Positions 1 to 25,075 of a stretch of 64,000 nucleotides of DNA are shown here, in pieces. The DNA lies in assembly GCF_009914755.1 (NCBI RefSeq), contig NC_060941.1; one strand, given 5' to 3'. The stretch is from the human T2T-CHM13v2.0 reference genome, Homo sapiens. A model generated the notes under the pieces. The model did no database searches and was not told the DNA's origin. It worked only from the letters and a program-made list of their open reading frames with translations. The translations under genes and the position numbers were made by a program. How positions within the stretch are numbered: the first letter of the stretch is position 1; each line of letters begins with the position of its first letter.

Positions 1-720
1 TGCTGAGACTTTTTAGAGCATTCTGCAATTCTAAAAGTGTGTCCAAAGTTTCCTGAATTTTTGATTTTTTTTTCTTTAAGCTATCTATTTCCTTGAATAT
101 TTCTCCCTTCACTTCTTTTAGCATTTTTTGGATTTCCTTGCACTGGGATTTTCTCTGGTCCCTCCCTTATTAGCTCAATAACTAACCTCCTGAATTTTTT
201 TTTTTTTTTTTGGGTAAATCGGATTTCTTCTTGGTTTGGATCCATTGCTGGTGAACTAGTGTGATTTTTGGGGAGTATTGAAGAGCCTTGTTTCATCATA
301 TTACTGGGGTTGGTTTTCTGGTTCTTTCTCATTCTGGTAGCCTCTGTCAGAGGGAAGGTCTAGGGCTGAAGGCTGTTGTTCAGATTCTTTTGTCCCACAG
401 GGTGATCCCTTGATATAGTACTCTCCCCATTTTCCTAAGGATGTGGCTTCCTAAGAGCTGAGCTGTAGTGATTGTTATCTCTCTTCTGGGTCCAGTCACC
501 CAGCAAGTCTACCCGGCTCTGAGCTGGTACTGTGGTTTGTCTGCACAGAATCCTGTGATGTGAACCATCTATGGGTCTCTCACCAGTGCCTGTTCTGGTG
601 GAGGTGGCAGAGGGTGCAACAGACTCCATGAGGGTCCTGAGCTTTGGTGGTTTAATGCTCTATTTTTGTGGTGGTTGGCCTCCTTCCAGGAGGCTGCACT
701 TTCCAGAAAGCATCAGCTAT
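1..720 (-). mobile_element. Old L1 (L1PB-like) 5'UTR/ORF1 fragment
   Basis: Minus-strand ORF 81..332 (MRKNQKTNPSNM...SSPAMDPNQEEI) resembles an old L1 ORF1 N-terminus; degenerate. Confidence 0.65.
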
Positions 721-734
721 AGTAGGCCCCAAGT

Positions 735-6390
<5,656 letters not shown>

Positions 6391-6410
6391 TTATAAAGGA
6401 GAGTGGCTTG

Positions 6411-7968
6411 TAGGGTTTTATAAATGGCAGTTCCCTTTATAATTTGATAGAACCTTCCAAACAGGAACATTTGGATTTAAAACCCTTCCCATCTCCATCA
6501 ACCCAGTGAGCAATAATATTCAACTTTTCAGAAGACAATCTTTCCTAGGAATTTTAAAACAAAATGCAAATGTAAATTACAAAATGTAAATTGTAAAATG
6601 TAAATGTAAACTAAATATATTAGTTTACTAACTCTATGTTTTTCATACCCTGACAACTTCTTTTACTCTCCAGAAAGACTACATGTTGTAAGTTAGGAGT
6701 CAGTTGTCCTTTATATACATAGATAAATAAAACAAAATGCACAGACATAAGAGACAATGATTAATCTTGCCTCACTATAAGCACCCTGGCATAGAGTTCA
6801 TACACTTCCTCCTTCTCCCTCCGCACCAAAGTAGTACACAAACACAATGTGTATTACGCAAGACGTGGTTTGGCCATTCCTCTCCAAAACAACATTTCAT
6901 ATGAATTTTAACACCAAAGTACCAAAATGTGTTATTTTACTACCTCTAATTTTAACAAATGTCTGGCACTTCAGAACATCTAGAAAGACTAGATATTAAC
7001 ATTTCAAAAAAGTTCTTAGCATTTTCAGCTATGTATACAGTAGTGGTGAATAAAACACACACACACATAACAATGGTGAGAATACGAAAATGTCTTCTAA
7101 ATATAACCAGTCAGGCATAGAACCTTCTTCTCTTCCTTCTCAGGTCTTCCGCTCCATGTCCTCTAACCCCCTGAATAAATGTGGACTTGTCACTCTTGGT
7201 GTCACTTCCAGAGGTGGTCTGACAACTCCATTTCAAAAAGTCATCTACAGAAGACATTTATTTTCTATGATTTCTTTTTAAACAAATGGGAATATACAAG
7301 ATATGTGATTTTCTAACTCTGTCATACCATGGGAATCTCTTTACATCTAGAAGGGCTAGATTTAGCAAATGTTTTCTTTTAAAGGGTTGGGAGGAAAGTT
7401 GAGAACAGCTTTTTCATATTAAATACACAGGCCTTCTATAAATGGCCAGTAAATCTTCCCAAAGTGTGGTGGGCCTTTCAATGGGCCAAATGTGGCATGT
7501 TATTCTACCATTCTTCCAACATCAACATCTGGTAGGTAGAACCAAGACCCACCCTCACCAATGGGTGCTAACCGTTCCACCCATCATGCTTGGGGGACTC
7601 CACTCACCTTCCTGTGGTTAAGGCCTTTGTCCAGTGTCATCAGGACTAGGTAGGTCTCGCCCAACTGGGACAGAGTGGTCACCCCAGGACCCGGATCTGT
7701 GTGGCTCCATGGCCTAAACAGGCCGCCGAGCCTGCGTCCGTAGACCTGCCTTCTCGGGCCCTACACACCCTATAAATGGCCTCTGCGCCCTCCCAACCGC
7801 TACCATATTTCCTGCCACCCCCCATACCTGCCGCCACCCAGAGGCGCTGCATCCAAGTGGCACTCAGGGCTTCCTCTAGCCCCAGCAGGGTTGGGCCTGA
7901 AAACCCCCCAAGTGGCAGAGTCCTGGCAGGATCATGGCAGGGTCCAGGCTGAGAGATGGCAGCCACGA
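6411..7968 (-). pseudogene. Retrocopy (processed pseudogene) of the 5' ~1.6 kb of lncRNA NORAD/LINC00657
   Basis: Minus strand reads GGTGACCACTCTGTCCCAGTTGGGCGAGACCTACCTAGTCCTGA, TGGGAAGATTTACTGGCCATTTATAGAAGGCCTGTGTA and GAAGACCTGAGAAGGAAGAGAAGAAGGTTCTATGC, collinear with NORAD as recalled; GC-rich 5' part then AU-rich part. Confidence 0.85.
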
Positions 7969-8353
7969 TCAGGTCATATTAGAAATAATATTCCATTGGA
8001 TATACCACAGTTTGTTTTTTCATTCACCTATTGAGGGACATCTTGATTGCTTCTAGTTTTGGGCACTTATGAATAAGGCAGCTATAAACATCCACGTGCA
8101 GGTTTGCATGTGGATATATGTTTTCAACTCTTTTATGTAAGTACCTAGGAGTGTGATTGCTGAATCATATGTAAGCCTGTGTTTATTTTTGTTAAGAAGC
8201 TGCCAACCAGCAATGAGTGAGAGTTTCTGTTGCTCCACATCCTCACTAGTGTTTGGTATTGTCAGGTTTTTTGTGAGGTTTTGTTCATATATTTTTTGGA
8301 TTTTAGCCATATAGTTGTATAGTGGTAACTCATTGTTTTGATTTAAAATTACC

Positions 8354-8707
<354 letters not shown>

Positions 8708-9160
8708 CTATCCATAAATCACTTTGATGAGGTGTCTATTCACATCTTTTGCCCATTTCAGTTGGATTGTTTTCTTGTTATTGAGTTTTTGGAGCTCTTT
8801 GTGTATTTGGGATACAAGTCTTTATTAGATGTGTGTTTACCAAGTACTTTCTCCCAATCTGTGGTTTGTCTTTTCATTATCTTAATAGTGTCTTTCTCAG
8901 GGCAGAAATTTTTAATTTTAATGAAGCCCAATGGCCTATTTTTTTTTCATGAATTATGCTTTTGGTGTTGCATCTGAACAGTAATCACCAAATACAAAGT
9001 CATGTAGATTTTTCTTCTTTAGCCTGATGATATATGGTGGATTACATTGATCAATTTTCAAATAATAGAGCCAGCCTTGCACTCCTGGAATAAATCCTGG
9101 TATATAAGTCATTTTATATATTGCTGATACTATTTGCTGGAAATTTATTAAGAGTTTTTG

Positions 9161-9450
9161 GTCAGGCATGGTGTCTCATGTCTGTAATCTCAGCACTTTG
9201 GGAAGCTATGGTGCGAAGCTCACTTGAGCCCAGGAGTTTGAGACCAGCCTGGGCAACATAGTGAGATCTTGTCTGTACAAAAAAAAAAAAAAAAAAAAAA
9301 GCCAGGGATGGTGACCCACGCTACTCAGGAGGCTGAAGTGGGAGGATGGCTTGAGTCTGGGAGGTTGAGGCTACAGTGAGCCGTGATCGTGTCACTGCAT
9401 TCTATCCTGGGTGACAGAGTGAGACCCTGCCTCAAAAAAAAACCAAAAAA
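9161..9450 (+). mobile_element. Alu (J-type)
   Basis: Alu dimer with a long A-rich middle and an A tail. Confidence 0.85.
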
Positions 9451-10047
9451 AGAGTTGTTACATTCATATTTATAAGGTCTATTGGTCTGTGGTTTTCTTT
9501 TCTTGTACTGTCTTTGTCTGGTTTTGATATTAGGTAATACCATAAATGAATTCACAAAATGAATTGGGAAGTGTTGTTCTCTCTTCTGTCTTTTGGAAAA
9601 TAATATGTATAATTGATGTTAACTTTTTTTAAGTGTTTGGCAGACTTCTCTAATGAAATCACCTGGACACAGATACTTCTTTCTTGGGAGCTTGTAAATG
9701 ACAAATTCAATTTGAGGAAGCAGTTCGTTTCATGTTTTCTTATTTATGAATGCAGAGTTGTTTGTAGTATTCCCTCATTATCCTTTGGATGTCTACGTGG
9801 TCTGTGTTAGGTTTTGAAGGGAAGGCAAGGGTTAAAGAAAGACACAGGGAAAGCAGCGGCTCTACAGCAAATGCAGGCTTTATGTCCAGCATAAGACCTA
9901 CAGAAGTGGGGAACGGGAGGAGGAGCCAAGACGGCCGAATAGGAACAGCTCCGGTCTACAGCTCCCAGCGTGAGTGACGTGATTTCTGCATTTCCATCTG
10001 AGGTACCAGGTTCATCTCACTAGGGAGTGCTAGACTGTGGGCACAGG

Positions 10048-10356
10048 TCAGTGGGTGCGTGCACCGTGCGCAAGCCAAAGCAGGGCGAGGCATTGCCTCA
10101 CTTGGGAAGTGCAAGGGGTCAGGGAGTTCTCTTTCCTAGTCAAAGAAAGGGGTGACAGACGGCACCTGGAAAATCGGGTCACTCCCACCCGATTACTGCG
10201 CTTTTCCAACGGGCTTAAAAAACAGCGCACCAGGAGATTATATCCCGCACATGGCTCGCAGGGTCCTACGCCCACGGAGTCTCGCTGATTGCTAGCACAG
10301 CACTCTGAGATCAAACTGCAAGGCGGCAGTGAGGCTGTGGGAGGGGCGCCTGCCAT
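10048..10356 (-). CDS. L1 ORF0 homologue (antisense, 102 aa open)
   Basis: MAGAPPTASLPPCSLISECCASNQRDSVGVGP... matches the L1 ORF0 N-terminus; expression unknown. Confidence 0.6.
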   Translation of the reverse strand: MAGAPPTASLPPCSLISECCASNQRDSVGVGPCEPCAGYNLLVRCFLSPLEKRSNRVGVTRFSRCRLSPLSLTRKENSLTPCTSQVRQCLALLWLAHGARTH

Positions 10357-10812
10357 TTCCCAGGCTTGCTTAGGTAAACAAAGCAGCTGGGAAGCTCGAA
10401 CTGGGTGGAGCCCACCACAGCTCAAGGAGGCCTGCCTGCCTCTGTAGGCTCCACCTCTGGTGGCAGGGCACAGACAAACAAAAAGACAGCAGTAACCTCT
10501 GCAGACTTAAATGTCCCCATCTGACAGCTTTGAAGAGAGCAGTGGTTCTCCCAGCATGCAGCTGGAGATCTGAGAACAGGCAGACTGCCTCCTCAAGTGG
10601 GTCCCTGACCCCTGACCCCCGAGCAGCCTAACTGGGAGGCACCCCCCCAGCAGGGGCAGACTGACACCTCACATGGCTGGGTACTCCAACAGACCTGCAG
10701 CTGAGGGTCCTGTCTGTTAGAAGGAAAACTAACAAACAGAAAGTACATCCACACCAAAAACCCATCTGTACATCACCATCATCAAAGACCAAAAGTAGAT
10801 AAAACCACAAAG

Positions 10813-11820
10813 ATGGGGAAAAAACAGAGCAGAAAAACTGGAAACTCTAAAAAGCAGAGCACCTCTCCTCCTCCAAAGGAATGCAGTTCCTCAGCAGCAA
10901 CGGAACAAAGCTGGACAGAGAATGACTTTGACAAGCTGAGAGAAGAAGGCTTCAGACGATCAAATTACTCCGAGCTACGGGAGGACATTCAAACCAAAGG
11001 CAAAGAAGTTGAAAACTTTGAAAAAAATTTAGAAGAATGTATAACTAGATTAACCAATACAGAGAAGTGCTTAAAGGAGCTGATGGAGCTGAAAACCAAG
11101 GCTCGAGAACTACGTGAAGAATGCAGAAGCCTCAGGAGCCGATGCGATCAACTGGAAGAAAGGGTATCAGCGATGGAAGATGAAATGAAGTGAGAAGGGA
11201 AGTTTAGAGAAAAAAGAATAAAAAGAAACGAGCAAAGCCTCCAAGAAATATGGGACTATGTGAAAAGACCAAATCTACGTCTGATTGGTGTACCTGAAAG
11301 TGACAGGGAGAATGAAACCAAGTTGGGAAACACTCTGCAGGATATTATCCAGGAGAACTTCCCCAATCTAGCAAGGCAGGCCAACATTCAGATTCAGGAA
11401 ATACAGAGAACGCCACAAAGATACTCCTCGAGAAGAGCAACTCCAAGACACATAATTGTCAGATTCACCAAAGTCGAAATGAAGGAGAAAATGTTAAGGG
11501 CAGCCAGAGAGAAAGGTCGGGTTACCCTCAAAGGGAAGCCCATCAGACTAACAGTGGAGCTCTTGGCAGAAACTCTACAAGCCAGAAGAGAGTGGGGGCC
11601 AATATTCAACATTCTTAAAGAAAAGAATTTTCAACCCAGAATTTCATATCCAGGCAAACTAAGCTTCATAAGTGAAGGAGAAATAAAATACTTTACAGAC
11701 AAGCAAATGCTGAGAGATTTTGTCACCACCAGGCCTGCCCTACAAGGGCTCCTGAAGGAAGTGCTAAACATGGAAAGGAACAACCGGTACCAGCCACTGA
11801 AAAATCATGCCAAAATGTAA
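10813..11820 (+). pseudogene. L1 ORF1, interrupted
   Basis: MGKKQSRKTGNSK...; in-frame 9-nt deletion and a CGA>TGA nonsense codon at 11191-11193. Confidence 0.95.
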
Positions 11821-11883
11821 AGACCATCGAGACTAGGAAGAAACTGCATCAACAAACAAGCAAAATAACCAGCTAACATCATA

Positions 11884-15706
<3,823 letters not shown>

Positions 15707-16456
15707 CAATGAGAACACATGGACACAGGAAGGGGAACATCACACTCTGGGGACTGTTGTGAGGTGGGGGGAGGGGGGAGGGATAGCATTGGGAGATATA
15801 CCTAATGCTAAATGACGAGTTAGTGGGTGCAGCGCACCAGCATGGCACATGTATACATATGTAACTAACCGGCACATTATGCACATGTACCCTAAAACTT
15901 AAAGTATAATAAAAAAAAAAAGTGGGGAACCAGCTTAATGCCAGTGCCCACTGCTGCTTACAGGTTGGGTTACTTATAGATATGGGTGGAAGGGGTCTGG
16001 GCAGTATGGCTTGCTGCCCTGGAGAACGTTGATAATGTGTTCCCAGGATGAGGTGGTTCTGGCTCTTGTTCTGGCAGAATATGGTGTTCCTTGCACTTGC
16101 TCCCAGCAGAATATGAGGCAGGCTGTTTCTCATGGCTCCAACCCCCGTGGAATGTTTTACTTTCACCAAGGTCTGCAAAATGGCGGGGGACTTACAAAAT
16201 GGTGCAGTTTGGACTAACATTCTGTATTGATATTCCCCCATTTCATTCCTGATATTGGTAGTTTATATGCTATTTTCCTTCGTTGTAAATCTCCCAAGAG
16301 ATTTGCCAGTCTTGTGGGTCTTTTTTCAAATAACTGGCTGTTTGTTCTATTGATTTTCCTATTTTTCTGTTTCCAGTTTTATTGATTTTTGCTGTTTATT
16401 TCCTTCTTTTCTGCTTGTTTTGGGTTTATTCTGCTCTACTTTTTCTATGATCTTAA

Positions 16457-16799
<343 letters not shown>

Positions 16800-16803
16800 T
16801 AAT

Positions 16804-17318
16804 TATATTAGTTTCCTATTGCTGCTGTAACAAATTACCACAAAGTTAGCAGCTTAAAACAACATGAATTTATCATACAGTTCTGAAAGTCAGAAATCCA
16901 AAATCAGTTTCCCTGAGCTGAAATCAAGGTGTCGGCTGGCTTGTATTCCTTCTGGAGCTGTAGGGGAAAATCCATTTCCTTGCTTTTTCCAGCTTCTAGA
17001 GGCTGACTGCGTGCCTTGGTTTGTAGCCCCTTCCTCCATCTTCAAAGCCAGCAGTGCACAGCACCTTCTCTTGGCTCTATCCTGTGCTTCCATCCTTATA
17101 TATTTTCTCTTTCTGTGGCTGATTCTCCTGAGTCCTTCTTATAAGGACCCTTGTGATAATATTGGATCCACCTGGATAATCCAAGATAATCTCATCACAA
17201 AAGTGTTAATTTAGTCACATCCAGAAAGTCCCTTTTACTATGTTAAGGCAACACATTCACAGGTACTAGAGATTAGGATATTTACATCGTTACGGGGGCT
17301 ATAATTCAGCCTACCACA
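16804..17318 (-). mobile_element. MaLR LTR (MLT1-type)
   Basis: TATATTAGTTTCCTATTGCTGCTGTAACAAATTACCACAAA... to ...ATTCAGCCTACCACA, typical of MLT1. Confidence 0.75.
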
Positions 17319-17319
17319 C

Positions 17320-19160
<1,841 letters not shown>

Positions 19161-19494
19161 AACTGTTATTCATTATTATTTATTCATAAATGCCCATCTG
19201 TACCTATTTTAAATACATCTACATAGTAAAATATAGTTATGTAAAACTTCTGAGTTTACTAAGTCAGATCTAATTTTTTACTTGTAGCATCAATAAAATT
19301 TACTTCTGTACCAATAACAATTACATACAAGGGTCAACAATTTAGCTCCCTAAAATTAAGCATCCCTGAAATTCAATGGAAAGGATTCTCTAATAACATG
19401 GTCACATTTTTAAACCTATTTGGAGCAACAGTTGGAAATATGTGATGAATAAGCTGAATAAATTATACAGAAGTGTTCTATCTAATTTATTAAC

Positions 19495-19768
19495 TGAGAG
19501 GCCAAGGCAGAAGGATCTCTCGAGGCCAGGAGTTCAGAACCAGCCTAAACAACATAGTCAGACCCCCATCTCCGCAAAAATTAAATGGAATTAAAATTTT
19601 AAATTAGCTGAGTGTGGGGCTGAGGTTCTAGTTACTTGGGAGACTGAGGCAGGAGGAACACTCGAGCCCAGAAGTTCAAGCCAGCAGTGAGCCATGATTA
19701 TACCACTGCACTCCAAACTGGTTGAGAGAAGGAGACCCTGTCTCTTTAAAATAAATAAATAAATAAAT
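19495..19768 (+). mobile_element. Alu (J-type)
   Basis: Alu consensus with (AAAT)n tail. Confidence 0.8.
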
Positions 19769-20227
19769 TGTAGCAGGACAAGCCACAGACAAAACCCCTC
19801 AGACACCGAGTTAAAGAAGAAAGGGCTTTATTCAGCCAGGAGCTTCAGCAAGACTCATGTCTCCAAAAACCGAGCTCCCCGAGTGAGCAATTCCTGTCCC
19901 TTTAAGGGCTCACAACTCTAAGGGGGTCCGCATGAGAGGGTCGTGATCGATGGAGCAAACAGGGGGTACGTGACTCGGGGCTGCCTGCACCGGTAATTAG
20001 AATGGAACAGGACAGGACAGGGATTTTCATGGTACTTTTCTATACAATGTCTGTAATCTATAGATAACATAACCGATTAGGTCATGGGTCAATCTTTAAC
20101 TACCAGGCCCAGGATGTGGGGCCAGGCTGTCTGCTTGTGGATTTCATTTCTGCCTTTTAGATTTTACTTCTTTCTTTGGAGGCAGAAATTGGGCATAAGA
20201 CAGTATGAGGGGTTGTCTCCTCCCTTA
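19769..20227 (-). mobile_element. Solo LTR2 (HERV-E/Harlequin group)
   Basis: TGTAGCAGGACAAGCCACAGACAAAACCCCTCAGACACCGAG...TCTCCTCCCTTA; 4-bp TSD AAAT. Confidence 0.85.
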
Positions 20228-21325
20228 AAATCACGAACTGGTGGTATAGTGAGGAGCTATTCCTTCCAAAATCTTTTAAAAACATTACTGGTCATGGCTG
20301 AGAAAAGTGTCTCTGGAGTCTTAAAGTTAGTGAAAATAATTTTTCCCAATATAATTATCTTACTCCACATACGAAGTCTTGTAATCCAACCTGTAGAGAG
20401 TTGCCATGCACTGTGACTTACTTTGTATAATATAGTTCTCAACCCTTTGTACTCATATGCGTGAGAAACTCTCAGTATCTCTCATTACACACAGTGATTT
20501 CAACATACCATAAATGGGCTGATTAAAAGTGAGGTCACTTTATGTACAAGGAAATACTATTCTCTGAGTTACATGGCTCAGATAACTCACAAAACCATCT
20601 ACACCACATCAAAGTGCATTTGGGGTACACAAGTAAAGCCTCTACTATCAGCTACAAATTCATAGAGCCTGGAACTTCCAGGAAAATCAAGCAAATATAA
20701 AGAATCTGAATTTAGAAGCCAACTAATACAATAAAAAAGTAATTTTTAAAAGCCTGATTAAATTTTCAGTTAAAATATTCACATAATACTACACACTTTG
20801 AGAACTTTTAGTAATTAAAAGAATGGCTTTTAAAACTTACTTAAAACTGTTTAATGAGAACAGGTGGCTAGAGAAGCATTTTATACCACAGATGATTAAA
20901 TGGACTCACCTTGTAAAGGGGTCATGAAAAAATAAGTTAAAAACAAGTAAAGTGCGTTAACAGATCAGTAAAATAATTTGGAAAACTATACATACTTCAA
21001 GAAAACGTTAATACATTTCCAAAAACACTAAATGTTAAGCTTTTTGTCTTGAAAAATACACAAAAATGTTTTATTTAAAAGATAAAAGTAGAAATTACTC
21101 TTTAAAAATCAACAAAGTAAAATTTTGAGATACAAAATGGTATATTAGGGGTGGGGGGAGTTTTCTTTTTAAAAAATAATAATGACTAAAGGAAACTCAT
21201 GAAGTTTAATATCAATGTGAAAAATTACTATAAAATGATTTTTAGCCCCACTTGTTAAGAAACTATATTATATAGTATTATGTGTTATTTCTTTTCTAGA
21301 GCACCAAATAATCATCTGATATTAG

Positions 21326-21656
<331 letters not shown>

Positions 21657-24109
21657 TAATTTGTTTTTAAATCCAAAAATAAATCAACAACAGAAGATAG
21701 CACTCTAACTTTTACTATTTTAAAATATTTTCTGCATAGCTTCCCCAAATATTAGCATTCTAATTGTGACCAGCATTATGGTTTTTAATGAGCCTAATCC
21801 AAGTAAACAATAAACAAATGCGCATGAAAACTGTGAGAAATAACCATTGGTGTATGCTTATGTTCCATAAATAGTTATCAAGTTTACCTTTAAATTGCAT
21901 GTTTAGTTTTTCCTTACAACTTAACACTAGATACAGGAAACTGTAGAAGTCATAAACAAAGACTAAACAAAATCCTCTCGTCTTGCTAAGATGTGTACAT
22001 GATTGCAGTAGACTTATGCTGAATATAAATATATGTTACATACATGTCTCTTATTCTATACAAAATCTCAGCCAATATTTTCCCACAGAGGAGAGGAATT
22101 TGTTCTCTCAAATTGAAAGTTTTTGCCCTTTAAAAAGGTTATTTTAAATAGCCCTAAAGAAATATGTTCTGAAAATAACAGTTGTATCATATTCCACTTA
22201 CTATTTTCCGGTTGAAAACTTCAATAAAATAAGTTTACCATAGTCAATAAGCCTGTTCAATGAACACTGAAAAATAAAAATTTATCCCCAGAGTGATTGC
22301 AAATGAAAATGTGTGCTATTTCAAAATTACATGTACCTCTTTAAAAATCAGGGCAATTAATAGAACACTTAAATCGTATTAGCTAAATTCAAATTTAGCC
22401 CCTAACAATAAAGTTTTCTTATTCCTTTATAGTGTTTTACAAAATAATGATTTAATTATCATAATTTTCTTTTGCTACTTACTTCAAACTATAAAGTTAG
22501 GACTGCAAATTGATGTAGGTATCTTATATTATTGGTCTACACCTACTTATTTATAAACATTAATGGAAACAATACTGTTCCAATCTACCACAAGGATTTC
22601 CTTCTATTTTACAAGCAAGAACTTCTAACCCAGCTCAACAACAAATCACACTTTAAATTTGGGTTTGAAAACATGTATTATTAGAGGCACATGTTTAAAA
22701 ACAAGTACAGTATGAAATCTTCCTTTTCAGTGAGCCAGTGAATTTTCATTCGTTTGTTTGTTTCTATGAATATTTGGTTTACTTCCTTCTTCTGGGCAAG
22801 ATTAGTATGCAATTCTCATTAGCAAGTCAAAAACCTACAGACCTAAACTATATGAAAACTTAAGTTGGTATTGTTAGATGAAGACAGGTAAGCTAACACC
22901 AAAAGAACAACTGTACTAAATTTTAACACTATTCTTTAATAGTTCCATTTTCCTGAGTTTGTGTTTGTTCTTTGGCATTGGTTTAGGATATAATCCATTT
23001 TTTCAGAAGGCGTTGCTTGCTGGGGCCAATTTGGGCACCATGCTAAATCTGGAAAGAGCATAAAGCTTCAAGAGGGCGAAGCAAAGTCTCTTGTATGTAA
23101 TTATTTTTCTCCAAGATGGAAAGAGCAACAGGTGCACACTCCAGTGTAGAAAGACATCTATTAATTGGCTGTATCCGAATTACATACTGACTAGAAATGC
23201 TCGTTTTTAACTGCACCTGTTTGGGGGTGTCAGAACAAGGAATTCTTACAGAAAATGTCCTTAGCCTGGCTCCGTGTACCATCAATGACGATGATTGTAG
23301 AAGGATAAACAGGAGAATCTAATATAAATTCTTCCAGATTAGCAGCTTCTTATATTAGCCCCTGGATATAATATTAATGTACCAAACTTCCGGCAAACAG
23401 TTGAAAGTTCAGGATCTCTTTCTTCACTGAAGCGACGACCAGTCTTCACTTTGCGCTTGTCCTGGGGGAGGCATGCTGCTGGTAGAGGAACTGTCCGCAA
23501 CATTTTGTCTTCCTCTGCTGGATGCTGAATTATGCACAAGTAGGTAGAGATATGCAAAGGGTGCGCTGGGAGAAATGGACAAAAACACACTTTCTGAGGC
23601 CGGCTTGCAGCGGCTGCACTCAGGCCTCAGCTCCTCGGCTCCACCTGCAGCTCCCACAGCCCGCCCGCACTAGCGTCGTCCGCCTCTGTTCCCAGGGCAG
23701 CCGTCGCCAGCACTGCGCCGCCCTCCCGCTGCTCCTTGTAGTTTGGCGTCTGAGACCTTGAGGCCCCAGGCGGTCGCGCGACGGGGTCGCGCCTCTTTCT
23801 GCGACTCCATGGCGGACACTCTGGTCAGGCCTTCGATATAATATTTCAATATAGACTTAAGGAATAGATTGTATGTGTACATATAGATATGGATATAACA
23901 TAAGTAACTAAATTAAAACAAATGTCCATAATTTGGCCCAATTAGAAATCCAGAATGTATATACCAAAGAATTTATATTACAAAAAGATAAAAGGACATT
24001 GATTAGATTTTTTGTCTCTACAACATAAGGTCTAAATTAACTTTAGCATTTGCTAAAATATACCAGCTGACATACTTCATGGACTCAATCAATACTGGGG
24101 CTCCAATTA

Positions 24110-24408
<299 letters not shown>

Positions 24409-24806
24409 CATATTATACTTGGGGTTCTCATTAAATTTAAATATTGTATGCCCTCTAATCTTAAAAAGGTAACTAAAGTTAAAAAATATTTTGGATAACT
24501 ATCCCTCACTTTACTGCTTTGGTTGAATTTCCCATAGTTTTGTACCCATTGCTTTAAAGTATCTCTTATTGGACACAGACTCTCTGACACAACAAATAAT
24601 AAACTAAAGTTAAAATTTTGGCACTTAAAAAATGGCTTGATAAAATGGGACCCTATAAATCCCTCTTTAAAATAGTTAATATGGCACAATTTAAGTTAGA
24701 ATAGGCCCTTCAAGGATTAAGACTTGTTATATAGAACCTCATTATGAAAGGGGATAATTATCCCCACTGCTTCTCATTAAACAGCTCAATTTTGCCTATT
24801 CGAGCC

Positions 24807-25075
24807 CTTTGGGAGGCCAAGATGGGAGGACTGCTTAACCCCAGGAGTTGAGACCGGCCTGAGCAACGTAGTGATACCCTATCTCTACAAAAATTTTAAA
24901 AATTAGCCAGGTGAGTTGGTGGTGTCTGTAGTCCTAGCTACTCAGGAGGCTTAGGTGAGAGAATCTTTTGAGCCCATGTGTTCAGTGATGCAGTAAGCTA
25001 TGATCACACCACTGCAATCCAGCCCAGCCAACAGAGCAAGACCTTGTCCCTAAAAAAAAAAATAAAATAATAAAA
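24807..25075 (+). mobile_element. Alu (J-type, 5' truncated)
   Basis: Alu consensus with A-rich tail. Confidence 0.8.

Noticed and set aside
7679-7966. 95-aa GC-rich ORF as a novel gene
   Set aside because: Lies in the decayed GC-rich 5' part of the NORAD retrocopy; no recognisable protein
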